Origin: Nitrososphaerota archaeon
GTDB lineage: Archaea; Thermoproteota; Nitrososphaeria; PSMU01
Direction of reading: 5' to 3'
Length of the DNA stretch: 59,948 bases
Assembly (NCBI GenBank): GCA_040290255.1
Contig: PSMU01000005.1
Span: 1 to 59,948 of the forward strand
In this document: in pieces, positions 1-9,695 of the stretch
Position numbering within the stretch: position 1 is the first letter of the stretch
Layout of the letters: the number at the start of each line of letters is the position of its first letter
The notes under the pieces: generated by a model
Told to the model about the DNA's origin: nothing
Seen by the model: only the letters and a program-made list of their open reading frames with translations
Databases searched by the model: none
Position numbers and translations under genes: made by a program

Positions 1-1511
1 AAGCCTTTCTTCCAGAGCTCGAGCGTGAGCGCAATGCCCAGCGCATCCTCCCGCCACGAGTACGAGAGCAGCTTCATGCCGTGTAGGTCCTCGGGCCATG
101 GCAGGCCCTGGGCCACCGCCCTCATCCAGTTGGTGCCGTCATCGATGTGAAGGAGGGGGGCAAAGATGGCGCCGTCATAGTGGTATATGAAGGGGCTCCT
201 TCTAGAGCTGAAGGGCTGCCACTCGTCCACCATGAGGTAGGCCGTCTGAATCCTGAAGGCCGTGCTGGTGACCGCGTCCAGCTCCCAGGCCTGCGAGGCA
301 TTCGAGGGCAGGAGCACGTTCAGCCCCGTCAGGGCGCCCAGCCAGGCCGAGAGTTTAGCGGGAGCGAGCAGGGCGCCTCGATCCGCGACGAATCCCGTTA
401 ACTTCACAGAGGCATCGTGAAGGGCCGCGAGCTCCCCCGGCCCCATGTAGCTGGAGAGCCTGGCGCCGTCGAGCAGCGCGGGAAGCGAAGAGAGCGACGA
501 GAGCAGTAGCCCCACGAGCGTCAGCGCGTAGGCGACCCTCTCCAGGCTCAGCTCCACCACGGCCTCCTCCTTCCGCCTTATCGGCGAGGCAAGCCCCTTC
601 AGCAGCGGGACAGAGCAGCTTCCCAGGGCCAGGGCCCCGGGGAGCGCTATGAGAAGGTATGAGGGCGAGAGCGGCGAGAGGAGCAGCCCGAGGAGCGGCC
701 AGAGCGCCAAGGGTGCCAGCGCCTGCCTCCTCGTGTAGTAGAGGCCGAGGAGCCCACCAAGGCAGAAGAGCAGCGAGAGCAGCAGGGCCGCTATCTGAGA
801 AGCAACAAAGGGCGCCAGGCTCAGCTCCCTGAGCGAAGCCAGCAGGGGCTGAGGCCTCAGGGGATAAAAGAGGAGCGAGGAGCCTACGCTCGAGAGGAGG
901 AGCGCGAGCGCGTAGTTGAGCTCTTCGGCGCTTTTCCTCATCAGCAAGAGCAGGGCCCAGGCCAAGAAGTAGGGGGCAAGCAGCAGGGCTATGCCGGGCA
1001 TCTCCCAGCCCAAAAGCGCCGAGAGCACAAGGGAGGCGGCGAAGGAGGCCCTGCTCCTGCCCAAGAAGCTGAAGAGCGAGAGGGCGAGGAGGAGCGTCGT
1101 TATGGCCAGAACGAAGAGCAGCCCATAGTCCCCCAGCAGTAGGGGCCCATACAGCGGCGGCAACAAGGAGGAGGCCAGGGCCGCGGCCAGCGAGGACCAC
1201 GCGCTTTTGGTGAGGGCGTAGCTCGCCGCCAGCGAGGAGAGCGCGACCAGGGCGAAGAGGGAGGGGGCGAGGAGCCTGAAGGCGTCGAGGGACTGCAGGC
1301 CCAGGCCCCAAAGCGCGAAGGCCAGCAGCGTGCTGGGCCCCTGCGAAAACGGCCGCATAGACCCGCGCAGCTCCTGCAAGAGCATTACGCTGTAGGGGGC
1401 CAACGGGCCCGGGAGAAGGGGAGAAGAGAGCTGCAGCCATGCGCCATAGCCCGCCAGAATGCAGGTGGCCAGCGCTAGGCCCAGGCCCAAGCGGCCTGCA
1501 ACTCTCTTCAT
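1..1511 (-). CDS. Multi-pass membrane protein with C-terminal soluble domain, partial (runs off the window start); possible GT-C-type glycosyltransferase or partner
   Basis: ATG at 1511 overlaps the upstream TGA (ATGA). Begins MKRVAGRLGLGLALATCILAG and the same frame is open at the window edge (..SWREDALGIALTLELWKKG). Many Leu/Ala-rich helices. Absent from the ORF track because there is no stop in the window. Confidence 0.7.
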   Translation of the reverse strand, partial: MKRVAGRLGLGLALATCILAGYGAWLQLSSPLLPGPLAPYSVMLLQELRGSMRPFSQGPSTLLAFALWGLGLQSLDAFRLLAPSLFALVALSSLAASYALTKSAWSSLAAALASSLLPPLYGPLLLGDYGLLFVLAITTLLLALSLFSFLGRSRASFAASLVLSALLGWEMPGIALLLAPYFLAWALLLLMRKSAEELNYALALLLSSVGSSLLFYPLRPQPLLASLRELSLAPFVASQIAALLLSLLFCLGGLLGLYYTRRQALAPLALWPLLGLLLSPLSPSYLLIALPGALALGSCSVPLLKGLASPIRRKEEAVVELSLERVAYALTLVGLLLSSLSSLPALLDGARLSSYMGPGELAALHDASVKLTGFVADRGALLAPAKLSAWLGALTGLNVLLPSNASQAWELDAVTSTAFRIQTAYLMVDEWQPFSSRRSPFIYHYDGAIFAPLLHIDDGTNWMRAVAQGLPWPEDLHGMKLLSYSWREDALGIALTLELWKKG

Positions 1512-3247
1512 GGCGCCGGCCTCGCCTTCGGGCCATGGAGCAGGAGGCCCAAGAGAAGGACGAGCAAGAGCGGGGGGACAAGGCCCCAGAGGAGGCCCTG
1601 CGCCGAGGCCGCCGGGGACGGGGAGGAGAGGGGGGCTACCTCAGGAATCTCCCAGATGGAGACCGGGGGGGCTCCCATGAGCTCGCCCCTGAGCCTAAAG
1701 CCCGCATCCCTGAGCAGCCCATCGTACGATGGATCGGCGGAAATCACGAAGCGAAGCCCCAGCCTTGAAGCGTTGGCCAAGAGCTGGGAGAGAAAGGCAT
1801 AACCGTTGGGGAAGAACTTGGCCGCATCGGCGCTCTCCACGCCGCTCTTGGCCAGCAGAGGCGAGGACTTCGCGAGGTTGTAACCTCCATCGAGCGTGGG
1901 GGCCGAGGTGAGCGCGCTCAGGAGAAGCCGGCCGTTGCCCAGGCCGAGCGTTATGTAACCATAGTCGCCTTGCTGGTCGAGAAAGGAGGCCAGCTGGGCC
2001 AGCTGCTGCTCGTTGAGCGGGCCCGTGGGGGCGACGCCGAAGAGCGCGAGGCCCGTGGAAGAGAGCAGGAAGCAGAGCGCGAGGCCAAAGATGAAGGCGG
2101 CCCTGAGCGGAGCCCCGGCGCTCCCTCCCCCGCCCTTCAGGCCCAAGTAGTACTCCCTCACGAATGTGGGCCCGTCCTTCAGCATGATGCCCAAGAAGGG
2201 CGCATAGAGCAGGGTAGCCCAGAAGCCGAACCTATCATAGGTCAGGAGCTTCCACAGCGGGCCGAAGAGGAGCTGAGGGAGGGGGGTCGTGCCTCCTAGC
2301 CCGAGCAGGAAGTAGAGCAGGAACAGAGCGAACAGAGCCCTCAGCTCCCTCTTCCTGTAGGCGAGCGCGAGGGCGTTGGGCAGCAGCAGCGCCGTGAACC
2401 CATAGATGCCCCAGAAGAAGGGGAGCGAGGCCCGGGCGCTCGAGAAGAGCTGCTCCCTGCTCGCATGAGGTATCTCGGCCCAGGAGGGGGCTGAGAGCAT
2501 GTAGGAGATGAAGGGGTATAGCGAGGCCAGCAGGAGAGGCGCGCAGAGGAGCATGAAGAGCGCGGCCTCGCGCAGGGCCCTCCTCAAGTCGCCGCCGAAC
2601 CTTATCAGTATGAGGAGGAGCGCTGAGGGCGCGAAGAAGAGCAGCGTGAAGTGATGAGCAAGGCCCGAGAGTGTGAGCAGGAGCACGGCCTGAAGCAAGG
2701 GCCTCGCCCCTCCGCCCCGAAGGTATGCGCCCAGCCGATAAGCGGCGAGGAGGACAAGGGAAGAGGAAAGGATGGTGGGGAGCTGGCCGAAGGCGTTCAG
2801 TGTGAGCCCCACCGAGGGCAGGAGCGCGGCCGCCAGCGCGGCCCAGCCCCCCTCCTGCCTGCCCAGGAAGAGCCTTGAGAAGAGGTAGCTGGAGTACGTC
2901 AGCAGGCCCGCCGAGGCCGTGGCGAGCAGCTGATAGGCCGGGATTAGGCCCAGGGGAAAGCTTAGCAGGGCCAGCAGCTGATGGGAGAGGGGAGGGTAGG
3001 AGGCCACGCTGAAGCCCCCATACCACCTCGGTTCCCATAGGCTGAACCAGGCCCTCCTATAGTGGTCCGCGAAGAAGATGTGCGTGTACGCATCGTAGCT
3101 GAATCCGTATATGCCCATTAGCTCAAGGGCCCCGTTCAGCGCCAGCGAGAGGGCCAGGGCGAGCGCCGGCCCCGGGGCCTCTCCGCGGCGTAACGTGAAC
3201 AGGAGCTGCCTAGCGCGGGCGTAAAAGGCCGGCGTATAGCCTCGCAT
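1508..3247 (-). CDS. Multi-pass membrane protein, PTPS-related/GT-C glycosyltransferase-like
   Basis: First loop SYDAYTH..WEPRWYGGF..YPPL followed by many TM helices; lies downstream of a GT4 and a nucleotidyltransferase. Start uncertain. Confidence 0.7.
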   Translation of the reverse strand: MRGYTPAFYARARQLLFTLRRGEAPGPALALALSLALNGALELMGIYGFSYDAYTHIFFADHYRRAWFSLWEPRWYGGFSVASYPPLSHQLLALLSFPLGLIPAYQLLATASAGLLTYSSYLFSRLFLGRQEGGWAALAAALLPSVGLTLNAFGQLPTILSSSLVLLAAYRLGAYLRGGGARPLLQAVLLLTLSGLAHHFTLLFFAPSALLLILIRFGGDLRRALREAALFMLLCAPLLLASLYPFISYMLSAPSWAEIPHASREQLFSSARASLPFFWGIYGFTALLLPNALALAYRKRELRALFALFLLYFLLGLGGTTPLPQLLFGPLWKLLTYDRFGFWATLLYAPFLGIMLKDGPTFVREYYLGLKGGGGSAGAPLRAAFIFGLALCFLLSSTGLALFGVAPTGPLNEQQLAQLASFLDQQGDYGYITLGLGNGRLLLSALTSAPTLDGGYNLAKSSPLLAKSGVESADAAKFFPNGYAFLSQLLANASRLGLRFVISADPSYDGLLRDAGFRLRGELMGAPPVSIWEIPEVAPLSSPSPAASAQGLLWGLVPPLLLVLLLGLLLHGPKARPAP

Positions 3248-4394
3248 AGGCCCTAGCCACTACATTCCATGACCTCGCGCGGGCAAAGGCCATTGAGCGG
3301 CTTGAGAGCTGCTCGGCCAGCCGCCTATCCTCCAACGCCCGAAGGATCGCCGAGGCCAGCGAGCGGGGCTCAAGGCTCGTGAGCAGGAGGCCGGCCCCCT
3401 CCCTCTTCAGCTCCCTTAGCTCGGGCGTATCGCTTGCCACAAAGGGAACCCCAAGCCCGCTGAGGAGGTGAAGGACGCCGCTCGTGCCCGTGGAGGTCCT
3501 ATAGGGCAGCACGGCCACGCCCACCCTGCCGATCAGCTCGGGAAGGTCCTCGTTCCTGACCCAGCCCAGGTAGGCTACCGCGCGCCTTTGCCTCAGCCTG
3601 GCCAGTGCCTGCCTGCCGTGCTCGGGGAAGTTGGGGTGCGGCACGCCCGCGACCAAGAGCTTCACCTCCCCTTGGCGTGAGGCCTCCTCCACCGCCTCCG
3701 CGAGGGCCTCCACGGCCTTGTAGGGGCCCAGGTAGCCCAAGAAGAGGACGGACCTTTTTCCCCAGGACCAAGCCCCCCCTCGCTCGGCGAACCAAGCCCC
3801 GTGGGGGATCCAGTGGACCCTCTTGGCGCCATAGGCCCTCTTCAGGAGGGCAACGTAGCTCCTCATCGTCACCACGACCGCGTGCGCGCTCCTGAGCAGG
3901 AGCAGCGCGGCGAGCCTAAGGCCCAGCCTGAAGAGGAGCCCGCTCCGCCAGCCCAAGGCCGTCAGGTCGATGGCGTCGGGCACGTTGTGAAGCGAGACGA
4001 GCACCCTCTTCCCGGAGAGCCTGGCTATTAGGGCCGTGGCCAGGCCCAGGAAGTTCACGAGCCTCCCCCTCCCGAAGACGGCCATGTGCACGTTGAGGTG
4101 GACCAGCCTGCTCTTGGAGCCCAGAATGCGGGCCCAGAGCGCCAGGATGCTGAGCGGCCTATCGGGCCTCCAGGTGGGTACTATTCGGATGAGGTCCGTG
4201 TCCTTAGAGGGGGAGTCCGTCAGCAGCTCGAGCCTGAAGGGGTAAGATGAGACTAGCCGCTGAAGAAGCTCGGAGGCGAATTCGCTGAGCCTCCCCCTGT
4301 CGGGGGGATAGGCGCTCACCACGCTCACCAGGAACCTGCCGCCAGGCGCGCGCTTGCCCGCGTCACGGGGCCTATGCGCGGACCGAGCGACCAA
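3210..4394 (-). CDS. Glycosyltransferase family 4 (GT-B)
   Basis: SAYPP N-terminal motif, IPHG, FLGYLGPYK, VLPY..GTSGVL..GVPFVASD. True start may be near 4330. Confidence 0.9.
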   Translation of the reverse strand: MVARSAHRPRDAGKRAPGGRFLVSVVSAYPPDRGRLSEFASELLQRLVSSYPFRLELLTDSPSKDTDLIRIVPTWRPDRPLSILALWARILGSKSRLVHLNVHMAVFGRGRLVNFLGLATALIARLSGKRVLVSLHNVPDAIDLTALGWRSGLLFRLGLRLAALLLLRSAHAVVVTMRSYVALLKRAYGAKRVHWIPHGAWFAERGGAWSWGKRSVLFLGYLGPYKAVEALAEAVEEASRQGEVKLLVAGVPHPNFPEHGRQALARLRQRRAVAYLGWVRNEDLPELIGRVGVAVLPYRTSTGTSGVLHLLSGLGVPFVASDTPELRELKREGAGLLLTSLEPRSLASAILRALEDRRLAEQLSSRSMAFARARSWNVVARAYARLYAGLLRPR

Positions 4395-4403
4395 GCACCC
4401 TCC

Positions 4404-5174
4404 TTATGCTCCCGCCCGCCTGTCCGCCAGCCCCATCAGCAGCCCCTCCAGCGCCGCGAAGTCCACCTCGCTGTTCAGCCTCTCGTACCTCTCCACCGAG
4501 CCCACGTCATACCAGAAGGCCTCCGTCTCGTATGCGCTCACTTTCTCGCCGCTCCTCAGCAGCTGGGGGATCAGGTCGGCCATGATGTCCGCGCCTCCCC
4601 TTTCCCTCAGCCTCCCCTCTATCAGCCTTATAGCGCGCCCCTCCAGCGCGAGAATGCCCATCGTGACCCTGAGGCCCAGCGAGGGCTTCTCCCTGAGCTC
4701 CAGCACGCGCCGGCCCCTGACCTTCACCACGCCCACGGGCAGCGGGTATCGCCTCGACACGGCCAGCGTGGCCGCGCCGCCGCAGCCCATATGGAAGCGA
4801 AGCAGCTGCGTGAGGTCTATATCGCTCAGGATGTCGCCGTAGTACACGAGCAGCGTCTCGCGCTCGCTGATCGCGCCCTTATGAAGGGCGTTGAGCAGGG
4901 CCCCAGCGGTCCCGCGAAGCTGGGGCTCATCTAAGATGTACCTGATTCGCAGGCCCAGGCCCTCGCCCCCGCCAAAGTAGTTCATCACCTGCTCCGCCCT
5001 GTAGCCCACCAGCAGCACCACCTCCTGAAGGCCATGCAGCCTCAGCAGCTGCAGGATGTACTCGAGCAGGGGCCTCTGGCGGGGGCCTATGGGCAGCATC
5101 GCCTTCTGGAAGTAGTATGTGAGCGGCCTCAGCCTCGTGCCCTCCCCTCCCGCCAGCACGACGGCCTTGGCCAT
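4404..5174 (-). CDS. Sugar-phosphate nucleotidyltransferase
   Basis: AVVLAGGEGTRLRPLT..KAMLPIG, GTAGAL, YGDI and WYDVG motifs. Confidence 0.93.
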   Translation of the reverse strand: MAKAVVLAGGEGTRLRPLTYYFQKAMLPIGPRQRPLLEYILQLLRLHGLQEVVLLVGYRAEQVMNYFGGGEGLGLRIRYILDEPQLRGTAGALLNALHKGAISERETLLVYYGDILSDIDLTQLLRFHMGCGGAATLAVSRRYPLPVGVVKVRGRRVLELREKPSLGLRVTMGILALEGRAIRLIEGRLRERGGADIMADLIPQLLRSGEKVSAYETEAFWYDVGSVERYERLNSEVDFAALEGLLMGLADRRAGA

Positions 5175-5384
5175 CTAGCTTCCGCGCGCGTGCTCCTGCC
5201 TCTTCTGGGCCAGCAGCCGCTCTATGGCCTCGGACCTGCTCTCATAGCGCCTGAGGGCGATGAGCTCATCTATCCAGGCGATCAGGGCCACGGAGAGCGA
5301 GATTGAGATCTTGGCCTTTGGCCCCGGCCTTTTTGGGCCGCTGCGCGAGGCCCTGCGCTTAAGCCGGCTTCGCGCGCCCCCCAT
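5175..5384 (-). CDS. Ribbon-helix-helix (CopG/MetJ-like) DNA-binding protein
   Basis: KISISLS..LIAWIDELI..YESRSEAIERLL is a typical RHH pattern. Confidence 0.8.
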   Translation of the reverse strand: MGGARSRLKRRASRSGPKRPGPKAKISISLSVALIAWIDELIALRRYESRSEAIERLLAQKRQEHARGS

Positions 5385-5733
5385 GGTAAAGCGTCAGGCC
5401 CAGCCACTCGAGGTAGTCAAGGTCATAGGGCCACAGATAGGCCTCGGGATGGCCCCAACGCGAGGCCAGCTCGGCAAGGCGCCGCGCGTGAGGGAAGGCC
5501 AGGGCCCTAAGCCTCTCCGCGAAGCCCATGAGAGCCCACTGTAACTTTTCGCAGATCGCCAGGAGCGCGTCGGCGAGCCTCTGGTTCCTCACCCTCTTCT
5601 TTATGCGGAGGACGAGGTCCACGAGCCCCCTCTCGACGCGGTTCAGCGCCTTGAACCAGACCCGCCTCCTGATCGCCTTGGCCCTCAGCGTGCTGAGGAA
5701 GGCGACGGAGACGGACAACGGTAGTACTACCAC
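5359..5733 (-). CDS. Basic helical hypothetical protein
   Basis: KAIRRRVWFKALNRVERGLVDL. First gene of the co-oriented cluster, with a TTATAA-like box just upstream. Confidence 0.7.
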   Translation of the reverse strand: MVVLPLSVSVAFLSTLRAKAIRRRVWFKALNRVERGLVDLVLRIKKRVRNQRLADALLAICEKLQWALMGFAERLRALAFPHARRLAELASRWGHPEAYLWPYDLDYLEWLGLTLYHGGRAKPA

Positions 5734-5793
5734 CCGATCCTTATAAGCTTAACCTGGAAAGTCCTGCCGAAAGATGATGCCCACGGAAAGGCG

Positions 5794-6072
5794 CTATCGG
5801 AACGAGTAGAGGCGCTCCAGCTCCCTATAGGTTTCGGGGCTGCAGAGGAAGGGCCCCTCGGGCACGCCCGTGACCCTTATGCGGCCATTGATCACCAGCG
5901 TGGGCACCGCCCTAATCCGATACTCCTTGGCCTTGGCCAGGTCCTCCTCCTTGGGCCTCGTAAGATCCCTTATCACCAGCCTGCAGCCCGCGCACTTGCC
6001 CAAGATGTAGAGCTCCCGCGCTCTAGAGCAGAGCGGGCAGCCGCCCACGAAGAGCTCCAGCAGGTTGTTCAC
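5794..6072 (-). CDS. Small thioredoxin/glutaredoxin-like protein
   Basis: CPLC active site and cis-Pro motif IRAVPTLVING; extra CAGC. Confidence 0.85.
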   Translation of the reverse strand: MNNLLELFVGGCPLCSRARELYILGKCAGCRLVIRDLTRPKEEDLAKAKEYRIRAVPTLVINGRIRVTGVPEGPFLCSPETYRELERLYSFR

Positions 6073-6111
6073 GCCTTATGCATGCGGCGGGGAATAAAAA
6101 TTACCTGCGGC

Positions 6112-7005
6112 TCAGGAGCCCTTCCCATGGAAGCCCAGCGCCGCGTAATGGCCGGGCCCCACCTCGATGAGCTCGCCCACCGGGAACTCCTCCCTTGAGG
6201 GGGGAGCGGGAGGGGCTCCAGGCCTGGGCTCGAGCACCGATGAGAGCAGGAGGCGGCTATAGGGGTGCGCGGGTTGCTCCAGCACGCGCAGCGTGGGGCC
6301 CAGCTCCACCAGCCTGCCCGCATGCAATACGGCCAGCCTATCGGCCACCTGCGTGACCACCGCGATGTCATGGGTTATGAAGACCTGGCCAAGGCCCAGC
6401 TCCTCCCTGAGCCTCCCGACGAGCTTCAGGATCTGCGCCTGGCTCACCACGTCCAGCGCGGAGGTGGGCTCGTCCAGCACGAGCAGCTTTGGCCCCGCGA
6501 CCAGGGCCCTGGCTATCGCGACCCTCTGGCACTGCCCGCCGCTCAGCTCGGGCGGATATCTGGCCAGCAGCTCTTCGTCCAGCCCCACCCGCCTGAGCGC
6601 GAGCAGCGCCGCCTTCAACGCCTCCTCCCGCCCCAGGCCCAGCAGATACCTGGCCGGCTCCAGCAGCAGCTCGCGCACGCTCAGCTTGGGGTTGAGCGAG
6701 AGGTAGGGGTTCTGGTACACGTAGCGCAGCGCCCTCCTTCGCTCCGCAGGCGGAAGCTCCGATAGGGGTTTGCCCTCCAGGTATACCATCCCTCCCGTGG
6801 GCTCCAGCATGCCGGCCATGATCCTCCCCAGCGTGCTCTTGCCCGAGCCGCTCTCGCCCACGAGCCCCAGCACCTCGCCCTTTAGCACCGAGAGGCTCAC
6901 CTCCCTCAGCGCGACGACGGGCCCCGCCGAGCGGGAGAAGAGCGTCAGCGCTGGCCTGTAGAGCTTCGTCACGCCCTCGACCCTGAGCAGCTCAGCGCCC
7001 GACAC
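6112..7005 (-). CDS. dppF: Peptide ABC transporter ATP-binding subunit
   Basis: GESGSGKST, LSGGQCQR, LDEPTSALD, HPYS. Confidence 0.92.
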   Translation of the reverse strand: MSGAELLRVEGVTKLYRPALTLFSRSAGPVVALREVSLSVLKGEVLGLVGESGSGKSTLGRIMAGMLEPTGGMVYLEGKPLSELPPAERRRALRYVYQNPYLSLNPKLSVRELLLEPARYLLGLGREEALKAALLALRRVGLDEELLARYPPELSGGQCQRVAIARALVAGPKLLVLDEPTSALDVVSQAQILKLVGRLREELGLGQVFITHDIAVVTQVADRLAVLHAGRLVELGPTLRVLEQPAHPYSRLLLSSVLEPRPGAPPAPPSREEFPVGELIEVGPGHYAALGFHGKGS

Positions 7006-7780
7006 GGGGCACCGCCTCCAGCAGCGCCTTCGTATAGGGATGCGTGGGCGCGCCCAGCAGCCGCTCCACGGGGGCCTCCTCCACCAGCTCCCCCCTCAGC
7101 AGCACGCCGGCCCTGTCGCAGTAGTGGGCCACGATGCCCAGATGGTGCGTTATGATCAGCAGCGTGAGCCCCAGGCGCTTCAGCGAAAGCAGGCTGTTCA
7201 GCACCTCCAGCTGCACCGTCGCATCCAGCTGCGTGGTGGGCTCATCGGCGATCAGCAGCTTGGGCCCGGGCGCGATGGCGGCCGCGAGCGCGGCCCTCTG
7301 CAGCATCCCCCCGCTCAGCTCGTGCGGGTAGCTCAGCAGCACGCGCTCCGCCTCCCTTAGGCCCGCCAGCTCCAGGGCCTTGAGGGCCCTCTCCCTGGCC
7401 TCCTTCCGTGTGAGGCCGGGGAAGCGGTGCCTTATCACGTCCAGCAGCACCTCCCCTATCCTGAAGGAGGGGTTCCAGGTGGCCGCGGGGTCCTGGAAGA
7501 TGATGGAGACCTCCCGGCCCCTGATGTGAGCGAGCTCCCCTTCCTCCAGCCCGAGCAGCTCCCTCCCCTCCAGCCTTATCGAGCCGCCCTCGATGAGCGC
7601 GTTGTTGGGCAGCTGGCCCACGATGGCCAGGGCCAGCGTGCTCTTGCCCGAGCCGCTCTCGCCCACCAAGCCATAGGCCTCGCCCCTCTCCAGCGTAAGG
7701 CTGACGCCCCTCAGCGCCGTTCTCCTGCCCTCGAGCGTGAGATAGCTGATCCTTAGGTCCTCGATGGAGAGCAGGGGCAT
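6992..7780 (-). CDS. dppD: Peptide ABC transporter ATP-binding subunit
   Basis: GESGSGKST, YPHELSGGMLQR, ADEPTT, HPYT. Confidence 0.92.
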   Translation of the reverse strand: MPLLSIEDLRISYLTLEGRRTALRGVSLTLERGEAYGLVGESGSGKSTLALAIVGQLPNNALIEGGSIRLEGRELLGLEEGELAHIRGREVSIIFQDPAATWNPSFRIGEVLLDVIRHRFPGLTRKEARERALKALELAGLREAERVLLSYPHELSGGMLQRAALAAAIAPGPKLLIADEPTTQLDATVQLEVLNSLLSLKRLGLTLLIITHHLGIVAHYCDRAGVLLRGELVEEAPVERLLGAPTHPYTKALLEAVPRVGR

Positions 7781-7782
7781 GG

Positions 7783-8670
7783 CTACCTCTTGAGCAGGAT
7801 GGTCCTCCTGAGCCGGGGGTCCAGGGACTCCCTGACGGCATCGCCCAGCAGGTTAAAGCCGAGGATGGTGAGCACGAGGAAGAGGCCGGGGAAGGCGGCG
7901 ACCCACCAGTAGTTCGCGAAGTAGAGCCTGCCCGTCGCGAGCATGAGCCCCCAGTCGGGCGTGGGCGGCTGCGCGCCCAGGCCCAGGAAGCTGAGCGCGG
8001 CCACCTCCAGGATCGCGCTGCCTATGTCCAGCATCGCCTGGACCAGCAGAGGGGGGAGCGCGGCCGGCAGTATATACTTAGAGAGGATCCTGGCCCAGGG
8101 CAGGCCCAGGTGCCTGGCGGCCTCCACGTACTCCCTCTTCGCGAGGGCCGTGGCCTGCACGAGCGAGAGCCGGGCGTACCAGGGCCACCAGGAGGCGGCG
8201 AGGGCCAGGATGGCCTTCTCCAGCCCCCTTCCCAGCGTCGCGGCCAGCACGATGGCCAGCAGGAGCGAGGGGAAGGAGAGGAAGGCATCGACCACCGCGG
8301 AGGCGACCCTGGCGTAGGCGCCCCCCGCATACCCCGCCGCCAGCCCTATGAACGTGCCCAGCGAGAAGGCGAGCGCCACGACGAGCGTGCCCGCATACAG
8401 CGAGGTCCTGGCGCCGTAGAGGATCCTGCTCAGCAGGTCCCTGCCCAGGTCATCGGTGCCCAGCGGATGCTGGGCGCTGGGCGGCAGGAACTCGTTGCCG
8501 GGATTTGGCAGGCCCTGGCCCTCGGCGGGGCTGGGCGAGAGTAGAGGGGCCAGCAGCGCGAGCAGGGCCAAGGAGAGCACCACGAGCAGCCCGAAGAGGC
8601 CCAGCCCGCTCCTGTAGACCGTCAGCAAGGTAAGGCGCAGCTCGCCCTGCGCCCCCAGCAGCCTGCTCAT
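7783..8670 (-). CDS. dppC: Peptide ABC transporter permease
   Basis: HPLGTDDLGRDLLSRILYGARTSL, EYVEAAR, LSFLGLG..PDWG. Confidence 0.93.
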   Translation of the reverse strand: MSRLLGAQGELRLTLLTVYRSGLGLFGLLVVLSLALLALLAPLLSPSPAEGQGLPNPGNEFLPPSAQHPLGTDDLGRDLLSRILYGARTSLYAGTLVVALAFSLGTFIGLAAGYAGGAYARVASAVVDAFLSFPSLLLAIVLAATLGRGLEKAILALAASWWPWYARLSLVQATALAKREYVEAARHLGLPWARILSKYILPAALPPLLVQAMLDIGSAILEVAALSFLGLGAQPPTPDWGLMLATGRLYFANYWWVAAFPGLFLVLTILGFNLLGDAVRESLDPRLRRTILLKR

Positions 8671-9695
8671 GCCGAGGCCCTCAGCCTGGGATCCAGGTAG
8701 GCCTGCGCCAGGTCCACGAGGAAGTTGGCCGCGATGTAGAAGGAGGCCACGACCACCGTGCTGCCCAGGGTCGCGGGGTAATCCAGGCTCAGGATCGAGA
8801 GCGCCATGTAGCTGCCCAGGCCCGGCCAGGCGAAGATCACCTCCACCAGGAAGGCCCCCGTGAGCGTATAGGAGAAGGAGAGGGCCAGCGAGGCCAGGGC
8901 GGGCGAAAGGGCGTTCCTCAGCGCATACTTATACAGCACGAGCCTCCTGGGCAGGCCCCAGGCCGTCAGGGCCTTCGTATGAAGCTCCTCCAGCACCTCC
9001 ACCATCATCGTGCGCACCATCCTCGCCGTGAGGCCGAAGGGATAGGCGGAGAGCGCCAGCGCGGGCAGCAGCAGGTGCATGAGGGCATCGCGGAAGCCGG
9101 GGAGGTTCCCCTCCAGCAGGGCGTCGAGCGTATAGAGGCCCGTGAGGGGCGTTATGGGGCTCAGTACGGAGGCCTCGGGGCTCAGCCGGCCCGCTATGGG
9201 AAGCGGGAGCCCGGTGCCCACCACGAGCAGCTGCAGCGCTATGCCCGTGAAGAAGGCGGGCAGCGAGGCCGTGACCGTGGAGAGGAGCCTTATCGAGGCA
9301 TCGGCGGGCCTCCTATACCTGGCCGCGGCCGCCACGCCCAGCAGCGCGCCCAGCAGCGAGGAGAGCGCGAAGGCGGCCACCACGAGCTCCAGCGTCGCCG
9401 GGAGCACCGAGGAGATGTCCTGCAGCACGGGGTTGTGCGTCCTGATCGAGAGGCCCAGGTCGCCCCTGAAGAGGCCCAGCAGGTACAGCAGGTATTGCTC
9501 GGGCAGCGGCTTGTCCAGGTTGAGGAACTGGCGCGCCCTCTCCACCTCCTCGGGCCTGGGCCTGGGCCCCACCCAGAGCGCGGCCGGGTCGCCCGGCACC
9601 AGCCTGGAGATGGCGAACGTTATGGTGAAGACGGCCAGCAGCGTGAGCAGGGCCCTCAGCAGCCTCAGCGCTGCGGCCTTAGCCCAGGCAGCCAT
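8667..9695 (-). CDS. dppB: Peptide ABC transporter permease
   Basis: PGDPA, LDKPLPEQY, GDLGLS, PATLEL, VEVIFAWPGLG. Confidence 0.93.
   Translation of the reverse strand: MAAWAKAAALRLLRALLTLLAVFTITFAISRLVPGDPAALWVGPRPRPEEVERARQFLNLDKPLPEQYLLYLLGLFRGDLGLSIRTHNPVLQDISSVLPATLELVVAAFALSSLLGALLGVAAAARYRRPADASIRLLSTVTASLPAFFTGIALQLLVVGTGLPLPIAGRLSPEASVLSPITPLTGLYTLDALLEGNLPGFRDALMHLLLPALALSAYPFGLTARMVRTMMVEVLEELHTKALTAWGLPRRLVLYKYALRNALSPALASLALSFSYTLTGAFLVEVIFAWPGLGSYMALSILSLDYPATLGSTVVVASFYIAANFLVDLAQAYLDPRLRASA

Noticed and set aside
355-1581. 408-aa minus-strand ORF in the track
   Set aside because: Shadow frame rich in Ala/Arg/Pro. The real gene is in another minus frame starting at 1511 and running off the window.
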